A stretch of 64,000 nt of DNA, taken from the NCBI GenBank assembly GCA_031553755.1, contig JAVBKZ010000021.1, positions 28,251-92,250 on the forward strand, read 5' to 3'. A program made the translations under genes and the position numbers. Numbering within the stretch: position 1 is the first letter of the stretch; the number at the start of each line of letters is the position of its first letter. The notes beneath the pieces were generated by a model that saw only the letters and a list, made by a program, of their open reading frames with translations, was not told the origin of the DNA and did no database searches. Of this stretch, positions 18,696 through 27,583 are shown in pieces. This stretch comes from Bacteroidales bacterium. Lineage in GTDB: Bacteria; Bacteroidota; Bacteroidia; Bacteroidales; Azobacteroidaceae.

Positions 18696-21600
18696 TTAGA
18701 ATTTTAGCTGAACTCCCATAGAAAATGTTTCCATTATCGGGTATTTTAGTCCGTCGTCAGTACTTAATTCCGGGTCCCATAACTTAAATTTGGAAAAATG
18801 ACAGAGATTTGTTCCTCTCACAAATACTCGCGCATGTTCCATAGCTGCTTGCTGAATCAGCTTTTTAGAGAAAGAGTATCCTAATTCAATATTTTTAAGG
18901 CGTAACATGCTCATATCTTTCAGCCACCAGGTAGATTCCTGCGCGTTATTAGCATTGTATCCCATATGTAAACGGGGATAAAAAACATCACTACTGGGAT
19001 TATCCACAGTCCACGCGTCAGTAGCGGCATTTGTGAAAATATTTCCCCTTGCACCACTTGTTGATCCAGGCAAGAACGTATTTTCTTTTCCTATCATCCG
19101 GTAAGTGCGAGCATTTCCCTGCATAAAAAAGCCGAAATCGAAACCTTTGTAACTGGTATTCAATCCGAAACCATATACCAATTCAGGATTTTCGGTTCCC
19201 CCTATCGCAGTCTTGTCTTTTTCCGTAATTATATCATCTCCATCCATATCCCTATATTTGATGTCGCCGGGATATACACGGTCGGAAAACTTATGAACAG
19301 GTATTTCCGGTTTTAATTGTCCGGTATTTACATCAACAAAATCGTCTTCCGTAAATAAGCCATCAGCGATAAGACCAAAAATTTGTCCTACAGGTCTACC
19401 TGTGCTGGAACGATAAGTCCCTATTTTCGCGATATCTTCATCTTGTTCTATAATTTTATTTCTCGCGTAAGTAGCTGTACTTCTTACTGATAAAAACCAG
19501 TCTTTTGTAATCTGTTTGTTAATATCAAGCGATACGTCGAAACCCTTATTAGTGACCACTCCAAAATTAGCCCATGGTAAAGTAGGAAAACCTGCTGAAT
19601 TAGGGTATTGCGCCCTTTGCATAAAAATATCTTCCCTTCTTTCATGGAAAAGGTCAACTTGTAAATCGATCATTCGCCATAATCCTAATTCTATACCTAC
19701 ATTTGCTTTCTTTACGGTTTCCCATGTCAAACCAGGAACCCCAACTTCACCTTCTCTTAGTCCACCGATACCATAAAATCCGGCAGAATTTCCTAATTGA
19801 ATACCATCTGTTGTGTTGATGGTTGTAATGTAGGCAAAGCGCCTTCCATCCAACTGGTCATTTCCTGTTAAACCATAAGAACCCCTGAATTTGATTTTAT
19901 TGAAAGTATTACTCAAAGATGACATGAAAGCTTCTTCCGACATGATCCAACCTACAGCGACAGATGGGAAGAATCCATACCGTTTGCCGGGAGCGAAGTT
20001 TTCAGAACCATTGTAACCAAAATTAAATTCCGCTATATATTTGCCCGAATAAGTATATGCGGCCCTTCCCGCGATACCCTGATGGCGAAATGGTACTTTT
20101 TCTCCATTGTCGTAATCCCTTTGATTATAAAGGAACAAAGCATTGATGTAGTGTTTTGAATCAAATGTCCGATCATAGGATAAATTAGCCTCCAAATAAG
20201 TACTGTTATTTCCATATCCTGCGGAAGTTTCATATTCTAAGTTTTCCGAACCATCTGAAGGAGGATTTGGGAATTGTAATTCTCCTGTATCAAAATCTCT
20301 TCCGGTAGCTGGTAAATAATAAGATAGGTTTCCTTTTCTTTTTACAGCATTTTCGGAATAATAGTCGTAAGAAAATATTCCTTTGATTTTAAGTCCTTTC
20401 AAAAGGAATTTCAAGTCTTGTTCGGCGACAAAAAGAGATTCGAAATTGCTCTTATTGTTGCGTTGAAATCCGGTTTGAGTTAAATAAGCCCATGGATTTT
20501 GAATATTATCCGGTTTGGGAAGTTTACCATCAGCATACCGGGTCGGAATAATATGAGGTGGTGTAGTAAACGCTTCATCGAATACGGCATCTATGCTATT
20601 AAAGGGTGCATTCCGACGTTGTAAATATCCTCCTAAATTGAAAGTCAATAAGGTAGTTTTAGTCACATTGACATCTACATTGGAACGCAGGTTAAACCGG
20701 TTCAAATTGATAGAAGAATCCCAGTCTTTGGAAGGGTCTGATGTAGTTATACCTGTTTCATGGTAATAAGCTCCGATAAAAGAGTAGCGTAATTGATCAG
20801 AACCACCGCTCAAGTCAAAAGAAGCGCGGGTGTTATTCGCGGTATTGTTGGTTATGGCATCTATCCAATTTATATCAGGATACATTTCCCAGTCGTATTG
20901 CGACCTTGTTAATTTGATCCTTTCTTCAGAATACAAGGGGCCTCCTCCATCCTGAATAGAGATATTGTTTATCAATGTCATGTAATTTGCCGCGTTCAGG
21001 AATTCAGGCAATTGCTCCGGTTTGGTAATGGAGTGCTCTACTGAAACATTTATATTTGTTTTTCCGGCTTTCCCTTTTTTAGTTGTTATCAAAATAACTC
21101 CATTTGCCCCACGCACACCATATATCGCACTCGCGGAAGCATCTTTTAATACGGAGAAACCTTCTATTTCCGCGATATCTATATCGTTTAATGAACGTTC
21201 GATTCCATCGATAAGTACAAGAGGGTTTCTTGCTCCCTTGAAAGTGCTGATACCACGGATCCAGAATTCAGAGTTGTCATAACCCGGTTCTCCTGAACGT
21301 TGTACGCCAATGATACCACCTACGTTTCCTGCCAAGTCATTACTTAGAGAACGAGTAGTTGATACACTCAATTTGGCCGGTTCAATTGTATTGATTGCTC
21401 CTACAACAGAAGCTCTTTTCTGCGTACCATAGCCTACTACGACCACTTCTTTCATTTCTTGGGAAGAAATTCCCATTTTTACTTCCGAACCTTGTCCTAA
21501 CAAAGTGGCTGGAAATTCTTTTGTATTATATCCGATATAAGAAAATGAAATAATATCATTAGCATTGACTTCAAGCGAAAAATTTCCGTCAAAATCAGTA

Positions 21601-22031
21601 GTTGTTCCCTTTGACTTTCCCTTGACTGAAACCAACACTCCGATAAGGGTTTCGCCTGATTCATCCATCACTTTTCCCGATATTGTTTTAGATGTGGAAC
21701 CCGTTTCTTTTTTAGGCGTTTCCGTTTTGGGATAAAGTACTATCTGTAAATTAGAAATTTCAAACCTGACATTGGTTTTAGAAAGCATCTGTTTGATAGC
21801 ATCTTGTACAAGGGTATTTTTCGCGTCAAGACTGACTTTTTGTTTTACATCAACCTTTGCCGCGTCATAGAAGAATGTATATTTACTCGATTCTTCTATC
21901 AATTTAATTGCTTCAGATAAAGGTTTATTCTGAATTGAAATAGTAATTGTGTTCTCTTTGGGTTGTTGCGCCGCTATATTTAAGGCAAATACAAGAGATA
22001 AAAAAAGAGTAATTTTTCTTTTTATATTCAT
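18696..22031 (-). CDS. SusC/RagA-family TonB-dependent transporter with N-terminal STN signalling extension
   Basis: Signal peptide. STN-like segment (ITISIQNKPLSEAIKLIEESSKYTFFYD). Carboxypeptidase-regulatory-like domain (ISGKVMDESGETLIGVLVSVKG..TDFDGNFSLEV). Plug start (VVVGYGTQKRASVVGA). C-terminal aromatic residue (..GVQLKF). Confidence 0.9.
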   Translation of the reverse strand: MNIKRKITLFLSLVFALNIAAQQPKENTITISIQNKPLSEAIKLIEESSKYTFFYDAAKVDVKQKVSLDAKNTLVQDAIKQMLSKTNVRFEISNLQIVLYPKTETPKKETGSTSKTISGKVMDESGETLIGVLVSVKGKSKGTTTDFDGNFSLEVNANDIISFSYIGYNTKEFPATLLGQGSEVKMGISSQEMKEVVVVGYGTQKRASVVGAINTIEPAKLSVSTTRSLSNDLAGNVGGIIGVQRSGEPGYDNSEFWIRGISTFKGARNPLVLIDGIERSLNDIDIAEIEGFSVLKDASASAIYGVRGANGVILITTKKGKAGKTNINVSVEHSITKPEQLPEFLNAANYMTLINNISIQDGGGPLYSEERIKLTRSQYDWEMYPDINWIDAITNNTANNTRASFDLSGGSDQLRYSFIGAYYHETGITTSDPSKDWDSSINLNRFNLRSNVDVNVTKTTLLTFNLGGYLQRRNAPFNSIDAVFDEAFTTPPHIIPTRYADGKLPKPDNIQNPWAYLTQTGFQRNNKSNFESLFVAEQDLKFLLKGLKIKGIFSYDYYSENAVKRKGNLSYYLPATGRDFDTGELQFPNPPSDGSENLEYETSAGYGNNSTYLEANLSYDRTFDSKHYINALFLYNQRDYDNGEKVPFRHQGIAGRAAYTYSGKYIAEFNFGYNGSENFAPGKRYGFFPSVAVGWIMSEEAFMSSLSNTFNKIKFRGSYGLTGNDQLDGRRFAYITTINTTDGIQLGNSAGFYGIGGLREGEVGVPGLTWETVKKANVGIELGLWRMIDLQVDLFHERREDIFMQRAQYPNSAGFPTLPWANFGVVTNKGFDVSLDINKQITKDWFLSVRSTATYARNKIIEQDEDIAKIGTYRSSTGRPVGQIFGLIADGLFTEDDFVDVNTGQLKPEIPVHKFSDRVYPGDIKYRDMDGDDIITEKDKTAIGGTENPELVYGFGLNTSYKGFDFGFFMQGNARTYRMIGKENTFLPGSTSGARGNIFTNAATDAWTVDNPSSDVFYPRLHMGYNANNAQESTWWLKDMSMLRLKNIELGYSFSKKLIQQAAMEHARVFVRGTNLCHFSKFKLWDPELSTDDGLKYPIMETFSMGVQLKF

Positions 22032-22123
22032 AACTGTTTGTGAATTGTTTGTTGATTATTGCTCATAAATCTTTCTGTTTTTACATGATATAATTTGATT
22101 TAATCATATCTTTAAAAATTTGA

Positions 22124-23152
22124 CTATTCTTTTTTTCGCATAGGCTTTCTTGTTTTTTGTTTTAATACTAATTCTTTTTCTGTTATAAAATAATGGTCGA
22201 AAGAGTTGATACTCGACATGATTTCTATTATTTCAGAGAGAGGTTGTCCCGTTACAGTGAATGTATAGGACTGATTTTCCACGATATCAGGTTCTATTCT
22301 TATACTGATTCCATACCATTTCGATAAATATTTACAGACTTCGTGTAAACTTTTGTCTTCAAAGCGGATTCTATCTCCTGTCCATATTTTTGCTAAATCC
22401 ATATCTCCTTTGGCAACAGATAAAGTTTTGCAGTTTTTACTATATGCAGCTTCTTCGCCCGGTTTGAGAAAGATATTTTTATCAGAAGGTGTGTTCATTG
22501 AAATAGAGCCTTCAATTAAACTTACAAGTATCTTGTCATCGGAAGAATAAGAACAGACGTTGAATTCGGTACCATGAACTTTGATTGAAATCCCATTGAC
22601 ATGGACTATAAATGGAACTTTTTGATCATGCTTTACTTTAAAATAGGCTTCTCCTGTTATGTCGACTTCCCGTCGGCCTGATGTTTTATCGGAGTTATAA
22701 GTCAAAATTGTATTGGCATGCAGCATCACTTCGCTGCTGTCGGGTAGCAATATGGTGGATTTATTATTTTGAGTAGAATATGTTATATGTTCCCGGCGAC
22801 CGGAATTATATGCTTTGATAAAATAATAAGTGGAGAATGAGAGGATGAGAGCGATAGACGCGGCCACTGCAATACGGGAAAGATACCTGAAATTGATTTT
22901 CAGAGATACTTTTTTATTCTTAGAAATTTTGTCCTGATGAATTTTGGCTGAAAGTTGTTTCCAATAATATTCCACATCCGGTTCATAACCGGCAGATTTT
23001 TCCTGAACGTTTTTCCAAACGATTTCAAGTTCCCGGAATAATTCCCGGTTACAACCAATGTTTAACCATTCCTGAAAATAATTTTCATCTTTTTCAGATA
23101 AATTTTGACGGAGCTTGGATATAATTAAATCCCAAGGGATATTGTTTTCCAC
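22124..23152 (-). CDS. FecR-family transmembrane anti-sigma factor
   Basis: N-terminal cytoplasmic segment (..YFQEWLNIGCNRELFRELEIVWKNV), one TM helix (IAVAASIALILSFSTYYFI), periplasmic FecR-like domain (LPDSSEVMLHANTILTY, GEAYFKVKHDQKVPFIVHVNGISIKVHGTEFNV). The start is a GTG at 23152, directly preceded by an in-frame TAA. Confidence 0.85.
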   Translation of the reverse strand: MENNIPWDLIISKLRQNLSEKDENYFQEWLNIGCNRELFRELEIVWKNVQEKSAGYEPDVEYYWKQLSAKIHQDKISKNKKVSLKINFRYLSRIAVAASIALILSFSTYYFIKAYNSGRREHITYSTQNNKSTILLPDSSEVMLHANTILTYNSDKTSGRREVDITGEAYFKVKHDQKVPFIVHVNGISIKVHGTEFNVCSYSSDDKILVSLIEGSISMNTPSDKNIFLKPGEEAAYSKNCKTLSVAKGDMDLAKIWTGDRIRFEDKSLHEVCKYLSKWYGISIRIEPDIVENQSYTFTVTGQPLSEIIEIMSSINSFDHYFITEKELVLKQKTRKPMRKKE

Positions 23153-23264
23153 TTATGATAATTTTAAGGGTTTCTATATGTATGACACAAAAAGTGCCTT
23201 CAACCCTTACGCGAGATTGAAAAAAAGTGAAAAATTTTTTAATTGTGTGTTTTTTTATTGATTA

Positions 23265-23870
23265 TTGGTAAATATCGTTGTTTTCGACAGGGGTTTACAA
23301 TCCAGAAAAACTTATGATAAGTTTACACAAGACTGCAAATTATTTGTTACCCGTGCCAATCCTAACATTAAGTATAAGTGTGTTAAGGAAAAGGAAGTTT
23401 GTCCAATGCCCCAAGACAGTTCTGTTTGCATCGTTAGTGATACAACGGTCTATCTTTATGGTAAAAACAACGAACAAACACAATATGAATATCGCATTAT
23501 CAGGGGGATTGTTAATACCAGTGGAGAAGAAATTGTTTTTGTGTCCAACTTGTTGGAAGAAGATGCTTATTTTATTGCTCAATTATATAAACAAAGATGG
23601 GATATAGAGGTCTTTTTTAAGTTTATAAAACAGCATCTGAATGCGTCTCATTTGGTTTCCCGTAATGAGAATGGAATAAGGGTAATGATTTATATGACAA
23701 TGATTTTAGCGACATTAATCATTGTCTATAAAAAGAAAAATAACATGAAAGGATTCAAAATAGCAAAACTTAAATTTGGAATTGAATTAAACAATGAAAT
23801 TATCAAGTCTATTGTAATTTTATGTGGAGGAGATCCCAAATACGCAAAGCACATTTTCGGTAGCGGATAA
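23265..23870 (+). mobile_element. IS4-family (DDE_Tnp_1-type) transposase remnant, 5'-truncated, likely pseudogene
   Basis: The 201 aa ORF opens with a TTG and begins mid-domain (..VVFDRG..). It contains the YKQRWDIEVFFKFIKQHL signature typical of the C-terminal part of IS4-type DDE transposases. There is no N-terminal half, and only about 110 bp separate it from the anti-sigma gene. Confidence 0.7.
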
Positions 23871-24086
23871 GGTTTCGAACACGTATGGGCTGGAGACTTG
23901 CTTTTAACCCGGCGTAGGCAGGACCGAGCTAGGGAGTGTTTTGATAAGGAGAAGATTTGTATCCAGGTGCTGGTATGAAGGAAAAAAAAACAGATATAAA
24001 TCAGTATTCGGAATATCAACTGTATCAAATGTTTCTTTCATTCCTCGTGAGTTAAAATAAGTGGTAAAAATCTATCACAGATAATC

Positions 24087-24116
24087 ATTGAATTCTGCCG
24101 AATATCATTAACTTTG
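24087..24116 (+). promoter_or_regulatory. Candidate Bacteroidetes sigma-A promoter of ilvE
   Basis: TAACTTTG at 24109-24116 matches the -7 consensus TAnnTTTG. ATTG at 24087-24090 lies 18 nt upstream as a weak -33 element. Confidence 0.45.
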
Positions 24117-24187
24117 CGAGCAATGTTCCAATGAGGGAATTAGCGCATTAGCAGATCTTTTAAAATAAAAAATTAATAATTAAATAT

Positions 24188-25204
24188 ATGGAGAATATAA
24201 ATTGGTCGGATTTATCATTCGGCTACATGAAAACTGACTACAATGTCAGATGTTATTACCGCAACGGTCAGTGGGGAGAATTAGAAGTTTCAGACTCTGA
24301 ACATATCAATTTACACATGGCTGCTACTTGTTTGCATTATGGACAAGAAGCGTTCGAAGGATTGAAAGCGTTTAGGGGAAAAGACAGAAAAATCAGAATT
24401 TTCAGGATGCGTGAAAACGCTTTGCGTCTGCAATCGTCTTGTAATGGAATTATGATGCAAGAACTTCCTGTAGAAATATTTGAAAATGCAGTTGTTGAGG
24501 CAGTAAAAAGAAACGAAAGATTTATTCCTCCTTGCGAAAGCGGAGCATCTTTATATATCCGTCCCCTTTTGATAGGAACAGGTGCTCAAGTGGGGGTTAA
24601 GCCAGCCAGTGAATATCTATTCGTAGTATTTGTGACTCCTGTAGGTCCATATTTTAAAGAAGGATTCAAAACTACTCCTGTTGGCATTTTCCGTGAATAC
24701 GATAGAGCGGCGCCATTAGGAACCGGAACGTATAAAATCGGAGGAAATTATGCTGCCAGTTTGGTTCCCGGACATAAAGCCCATGAAATGGGATATTCGG
24801 CAGCTTTGTATTTAGATGCAAAAGAAAAAAAATACATTGATGAATGTGGCCCGGCCAATTTCTTTGGAATAAAAAATAATACTTACATCACTCCGGAATC
24901 ATCGTCAATTCTACCATCAATTACAAATAAAAGTTTGATGCAATTGGCCGAAGAAATAGGAATGAAGGTTGAACGTCGTCCGATTCCTATTGAAGAGTTA
25001 GCGACTTTCGAAGAAGCTGGAATGTGTGGTACTGCCGCCGTTATAAGTCCGATTCAACGTGTTGACGACGTAGACATGAAACAAACTTATGTTTTTTCTA
25101 AAGATGGCAATCCCGGCCCGATAAGTCAAAAATTATACAATAAATTAAGAGCGATACAATACGGGGAAGAAACCGATAAATACGGTTGGATTACGGTTCT
25201 TTAA
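24188..25204 (+). CDS. ilvE: Branched-chain amino acid aminotransferase (class IV)
   Basis: Full-length 338 aa with typical N-terminus (WSDLSFGYMKTDYNVR), FEGLKAF, SLYIRPLLIGTG, GTGTYKIGGNYAAS and GMCGTAAVISPI motifs. Confidence 0.85.
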   Translation: MENINWSDLSFGYMKTDYNVRCYYRNGQWGELEVSDSEHINLHMAATCLHYGQEAFEGLKAFRGKDRKIRIFRMRENALRLQSSCNGIMMQELPVEIFENAVVEAVKRNERFIPPCESGASLYIRPLLIGTGAQVGVKPASEYLFVVFVTPVGPYFKEGFKTTPVGIFREYDRAAPLGTGTYKIGGNYAASLVPGHKAHEMGYSAALYLDAKEKKYIDECGPANFFGIKNNTYITPESSSILPSITNKSLMQLAEEIGMKVERRPIPIEELATFEEAGMCGTAAVISPIQRVDDVDMKQTYVFSKDGNPGPISQKLYNKLRAIQYGEETDKYGWITVL

Positions 25205-25212
25205 TGGATTTT

Positions 25213-25368
25213 AACCGCATAAGGCACAATAGGATACATAGAAATTATTATGAGAATAAAGATTTTAGAACAATAAAGATAGATTTAGATTAAAAGACTT
25301 TAAGACTTGTCTTTTTGTCTTTGTTCTTTTGTCTAAAACCTTATGTATTCTATGTGCCTTATGTGGTT
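25213..25368. repeat. Long nested word-periodic hairpin element (CATAAGG/CACAATAGG words outside, TTTTAGA/AAAGAC words inside)
   Basis: AACCGCATAAGGCACAATAGGATACATAGA (25213-25242) pairs imperfectly with CCTTATGTATTCTATGTGCCTTATGTGGTT (25339-25368). The interior carries a second arm pair (GATTTTAGAACAATAAAGATAGATTTAGATTAAAAGAC vs GTCTTTTTGTCTTTGTTCTTTTGTCTAAAA). Confidence 0.65.
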
Positions 25369-25420
25369 TAATTGTTCATGATTGTAAATTTAAGCGGTTG
25401 CTTAATAAATGAAATAAGTT

Positions 25421-27553
25421 ATGAAAAAAATAGGACTTGTTAGCTTGTTAATAATGTTTGTTATCACAACATTCGCGCGTGAAATTGTAGTAGAAAAGCC
25501 ATTGAACAGGTTTAACGCTTATAACAATGTTGTTATAGATAAAATTGTATTGAATGACTCCGCGACAGTTTTGTACATGTCTGTTTATCATAGTCCTAAA
25601 GATTGGATCCGGATTGATACAAAAACTTATATTCGCGCCAATGGACAAAAACATGTAGTGAAATCGGCTTTGGGTATTGAATTAGGCAAAGAGGTATATT
25701 CCGATAAAACAGGTCGGACGGCATTTACACTCGCGTTTGATCCGATCGATCCCAAAACAAAAGAATTAGACTTTATTGAAAGTGATTGTGACGATTGTTT
25801 CAAAACGTGGGGAGTTCAATTGCAGGCAAATAAAATTAAACCAATCGAAATTCCTAAAAAAATCAAAAATGAAGCCATCATCAAAGAAGATGGAAAATCG
25901 CTTGAAATTCCTGTGTTGAAATCCGGAATCGCGACCTTTAAAGGACAATTGGCAGGATATATTCCCGAATTGAATTGGAAGGTCAACGTTTATGTAAACA
26001 ACCCTGTAACCGGTATCCAGGAAGAGAAAGAATGTATAGTAAACCAAAATGGTAATTTTGAAATAAAAATACCTCTGGTAACAACTATGCAAGTGCTGTT
26101 TCGTTTGCCGTTCTATAACAAATACATCCTGCTTTCTCCTCAAAAAGAATCTTCGGTTTATATTAACCTGGAGCAAAAAAATTGTCAGAGTATTAGAGAT
26201 AAGGAACAAAAATGTCCTCCAACTAAATACATTTATTTTGGAGGAGCCAACTCGTCTGTTAATAATCAGCTGGAAGACATTGGTTTAGATAAATACGAAA
26301 GAAGATTACATGATTTTCGTTCGGAAGATATTGTAGGAATGACTCCCGAACAATACAAAGAATATATCCTGAATATAACCAATAAAATAATTGATGAATT
26401 ATCTCAAAAAGGATTAACAAAAAAAGCGTTTGAATTGGCTTGTTTGGATATCCGGTTTACAGCGATGCACGAATTGATGTTTGGCGTGTATAACCTGAGA
26501 AATGCATATTTGAAAGCAAATAAATTAGATCGCAGGGATCCCGCTCCCGATTACAAAAATCCGGTTTTTGATGCGAATTATTACAGTTTCCTCAAAGATT
26601 TCTCTTTGAATAATCCGGTTTCTTTGTATAGTGAAATGTTTGGAAATGTCATAAATTCTTGTAAATACATCAATCTTGAAGGATATCTTGTTCCTTCTTT
26701 CGAAGACTTATACAAGGTGTTGGTTGAGACAGGTAAATTATCTCAGGAAGAGAAAGAATTCCTTGATTACGCAAAACAAATGGGAGAAAAAGGGCAGGAT
26801 ATAATGGCTGAAAAAAGTGAAGGCGAAAAATTGAATTATCAGAAAAAAATGACATCTATCATTACAAAATGCAATAAAGAGTTTACTGTATTTATGGAAA
26901 GATGGCAAAAAAAACGATCGACTTCGCAGTTTGCTGATATTCTGGGTACGCCCAACGGAATCGCGTTTGATTTGATGAAAACTCAAGCTTATTGCCGTAA
27001 ATTTCAAGAATATACACCGTTAGAAGAAACTGAGTTGATTGAACTTAGTCAAATCAAAAATCCGTTTTTCTATCCGTATGTAAATGAAAAAAATAAGGAA
27101 TTGTTGGCTGCAATAGAAAAAAATAAAGAAAAAAAAGGATACAATATCCATGAAGTATCAGCAGAAAGAGGGGAAGAGGCTTTTACCGAAATCGTGAAAA
27201 AATTTGAGGGAAAAGTAATTTTGTTCGATTTTTGGGCAACTTGGTGTGGCCCTTGCCGTTCGGCGATGAAACAATTCGAACCTGCCAAAAAAGAACTCAA
27301 AGAAAAAGGCGTCGTTTTTATATACCTCACAGATGAATCTTCTCCGGTAGATACTTGGAAAAATATGATTCCTGACATTTCGGGAGAACATTATAGGTTG
27401 ACAAATAATCAATTTAAGGAATTAAGGGAAAAATATGGAGCAGACGGAGTTCCTTCATATTTGATTTTGGATAAAAAAGGAGAAAAAGTCTATTTTAAAG
27501 TCGGATTTGAAGGCCCTGATGCGATAAAAAATAAATTAGAATCTGTTTTGTAA
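25421..27553 (+). CDS. Secreted TlpA/ResA-like thioredoxin-fold protein with large N-terminal domain of unknown function
   Basis: Signal peptide MKKIGLVSLLIMFVITTFA. C-terminal thioredoxin fold with FDFWATWCGPCR active-site motif. The first roughly 570 aa have no motif I recognise. Confidence 0.7.
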   Translation: MKKIGLVSLLIMFVITTFAREIVVEKPLNRFNAYNNVVIDKIVLNDSATVLYMSVYHSPKDWIRIDTKTYIRANGQKHVVKSALGIELGKEVYSDKTGRTAFTLAFDPIDPKTKELDFIESDCDDCFKTWGVQLQANKIKPIEIPKKIKNEAIIKEDGKSLEIPVLKSGIATFKGQLAGYIPELNWKVNVYVNNPVTGIQEEKECIVNQNGNFEIKIPLVTTMQVLFRLPFYNKYILLSPQKESSVYINLEQKNCQSIRDKEQKCPPTKYIYFGGANSSVNNQLEDIGLDKYERRLHDFRSEDIVGMTPEQYKEYILNITNKIIDELSQKGLTKKAFELACLDIRFTAMHELMFGVYNLRNAYLKANKLDRRDPAPDYKNPVFDANYYSFLKDFSLNNPVSLYSEMFGNVINSCKYINLEGYLVPSFEDLYKVLVETGKLSQEEKEFLDYAKQMGEKGQDIMAEKSEGEKLNYQKKMTSIITKCNKEFTVFMERWQKKRSTSQFADILGTPNGIAFDLMKTQAYCRKFQEYTPLEETELIELSQIKNPFFYPYVNEKNKELLAAIEKNKEKKGYNIHEVSAERGEEAFTEIVKKFEGKVILFDFWATWCGPCRSAMKQFEPAKKELKEKGVVFIYLTDESSPVDTWKNMIPDISGEHYRLTNNQFKELREKYGADGVPSYLILDKKGEKVYFKVGFEGPDAIKNKLESVL

Positions 27554-27583
27554 TTGTTGTTTTAATTGATAAAAAATATAGCC

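Noticed and set aside
23871-23960. Relatively G/C-rich patch (..GGGCTGGAGACTTGCTTTTAACCCGGCGTAGGCAGGACCGAGCTAGGGAGTG..) just after the transposase stop. Considered as an IS terminal repeat, an ncRNA, or an extra TTAACCC half-site.
   Set aside because: The left IS end is missing, so no inverted repeat can be matched. I found no convincing stem-loop. Only one TTAACCC heptamer is present and it has no partner at the 12-nt register. It is most simply the residual 3' end of the IS.
23278-24028. ORFs 23278-23607 (+), 23340-23582 (-) and 23726-24028 (-) overlapping the transposase remnant.
   Set aside because: They are alternative or antisense frames of the IS4-type ORF with no recognisable motifs. 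The frame carrying YKQRWDIEVFF is the real, though truncated, one.
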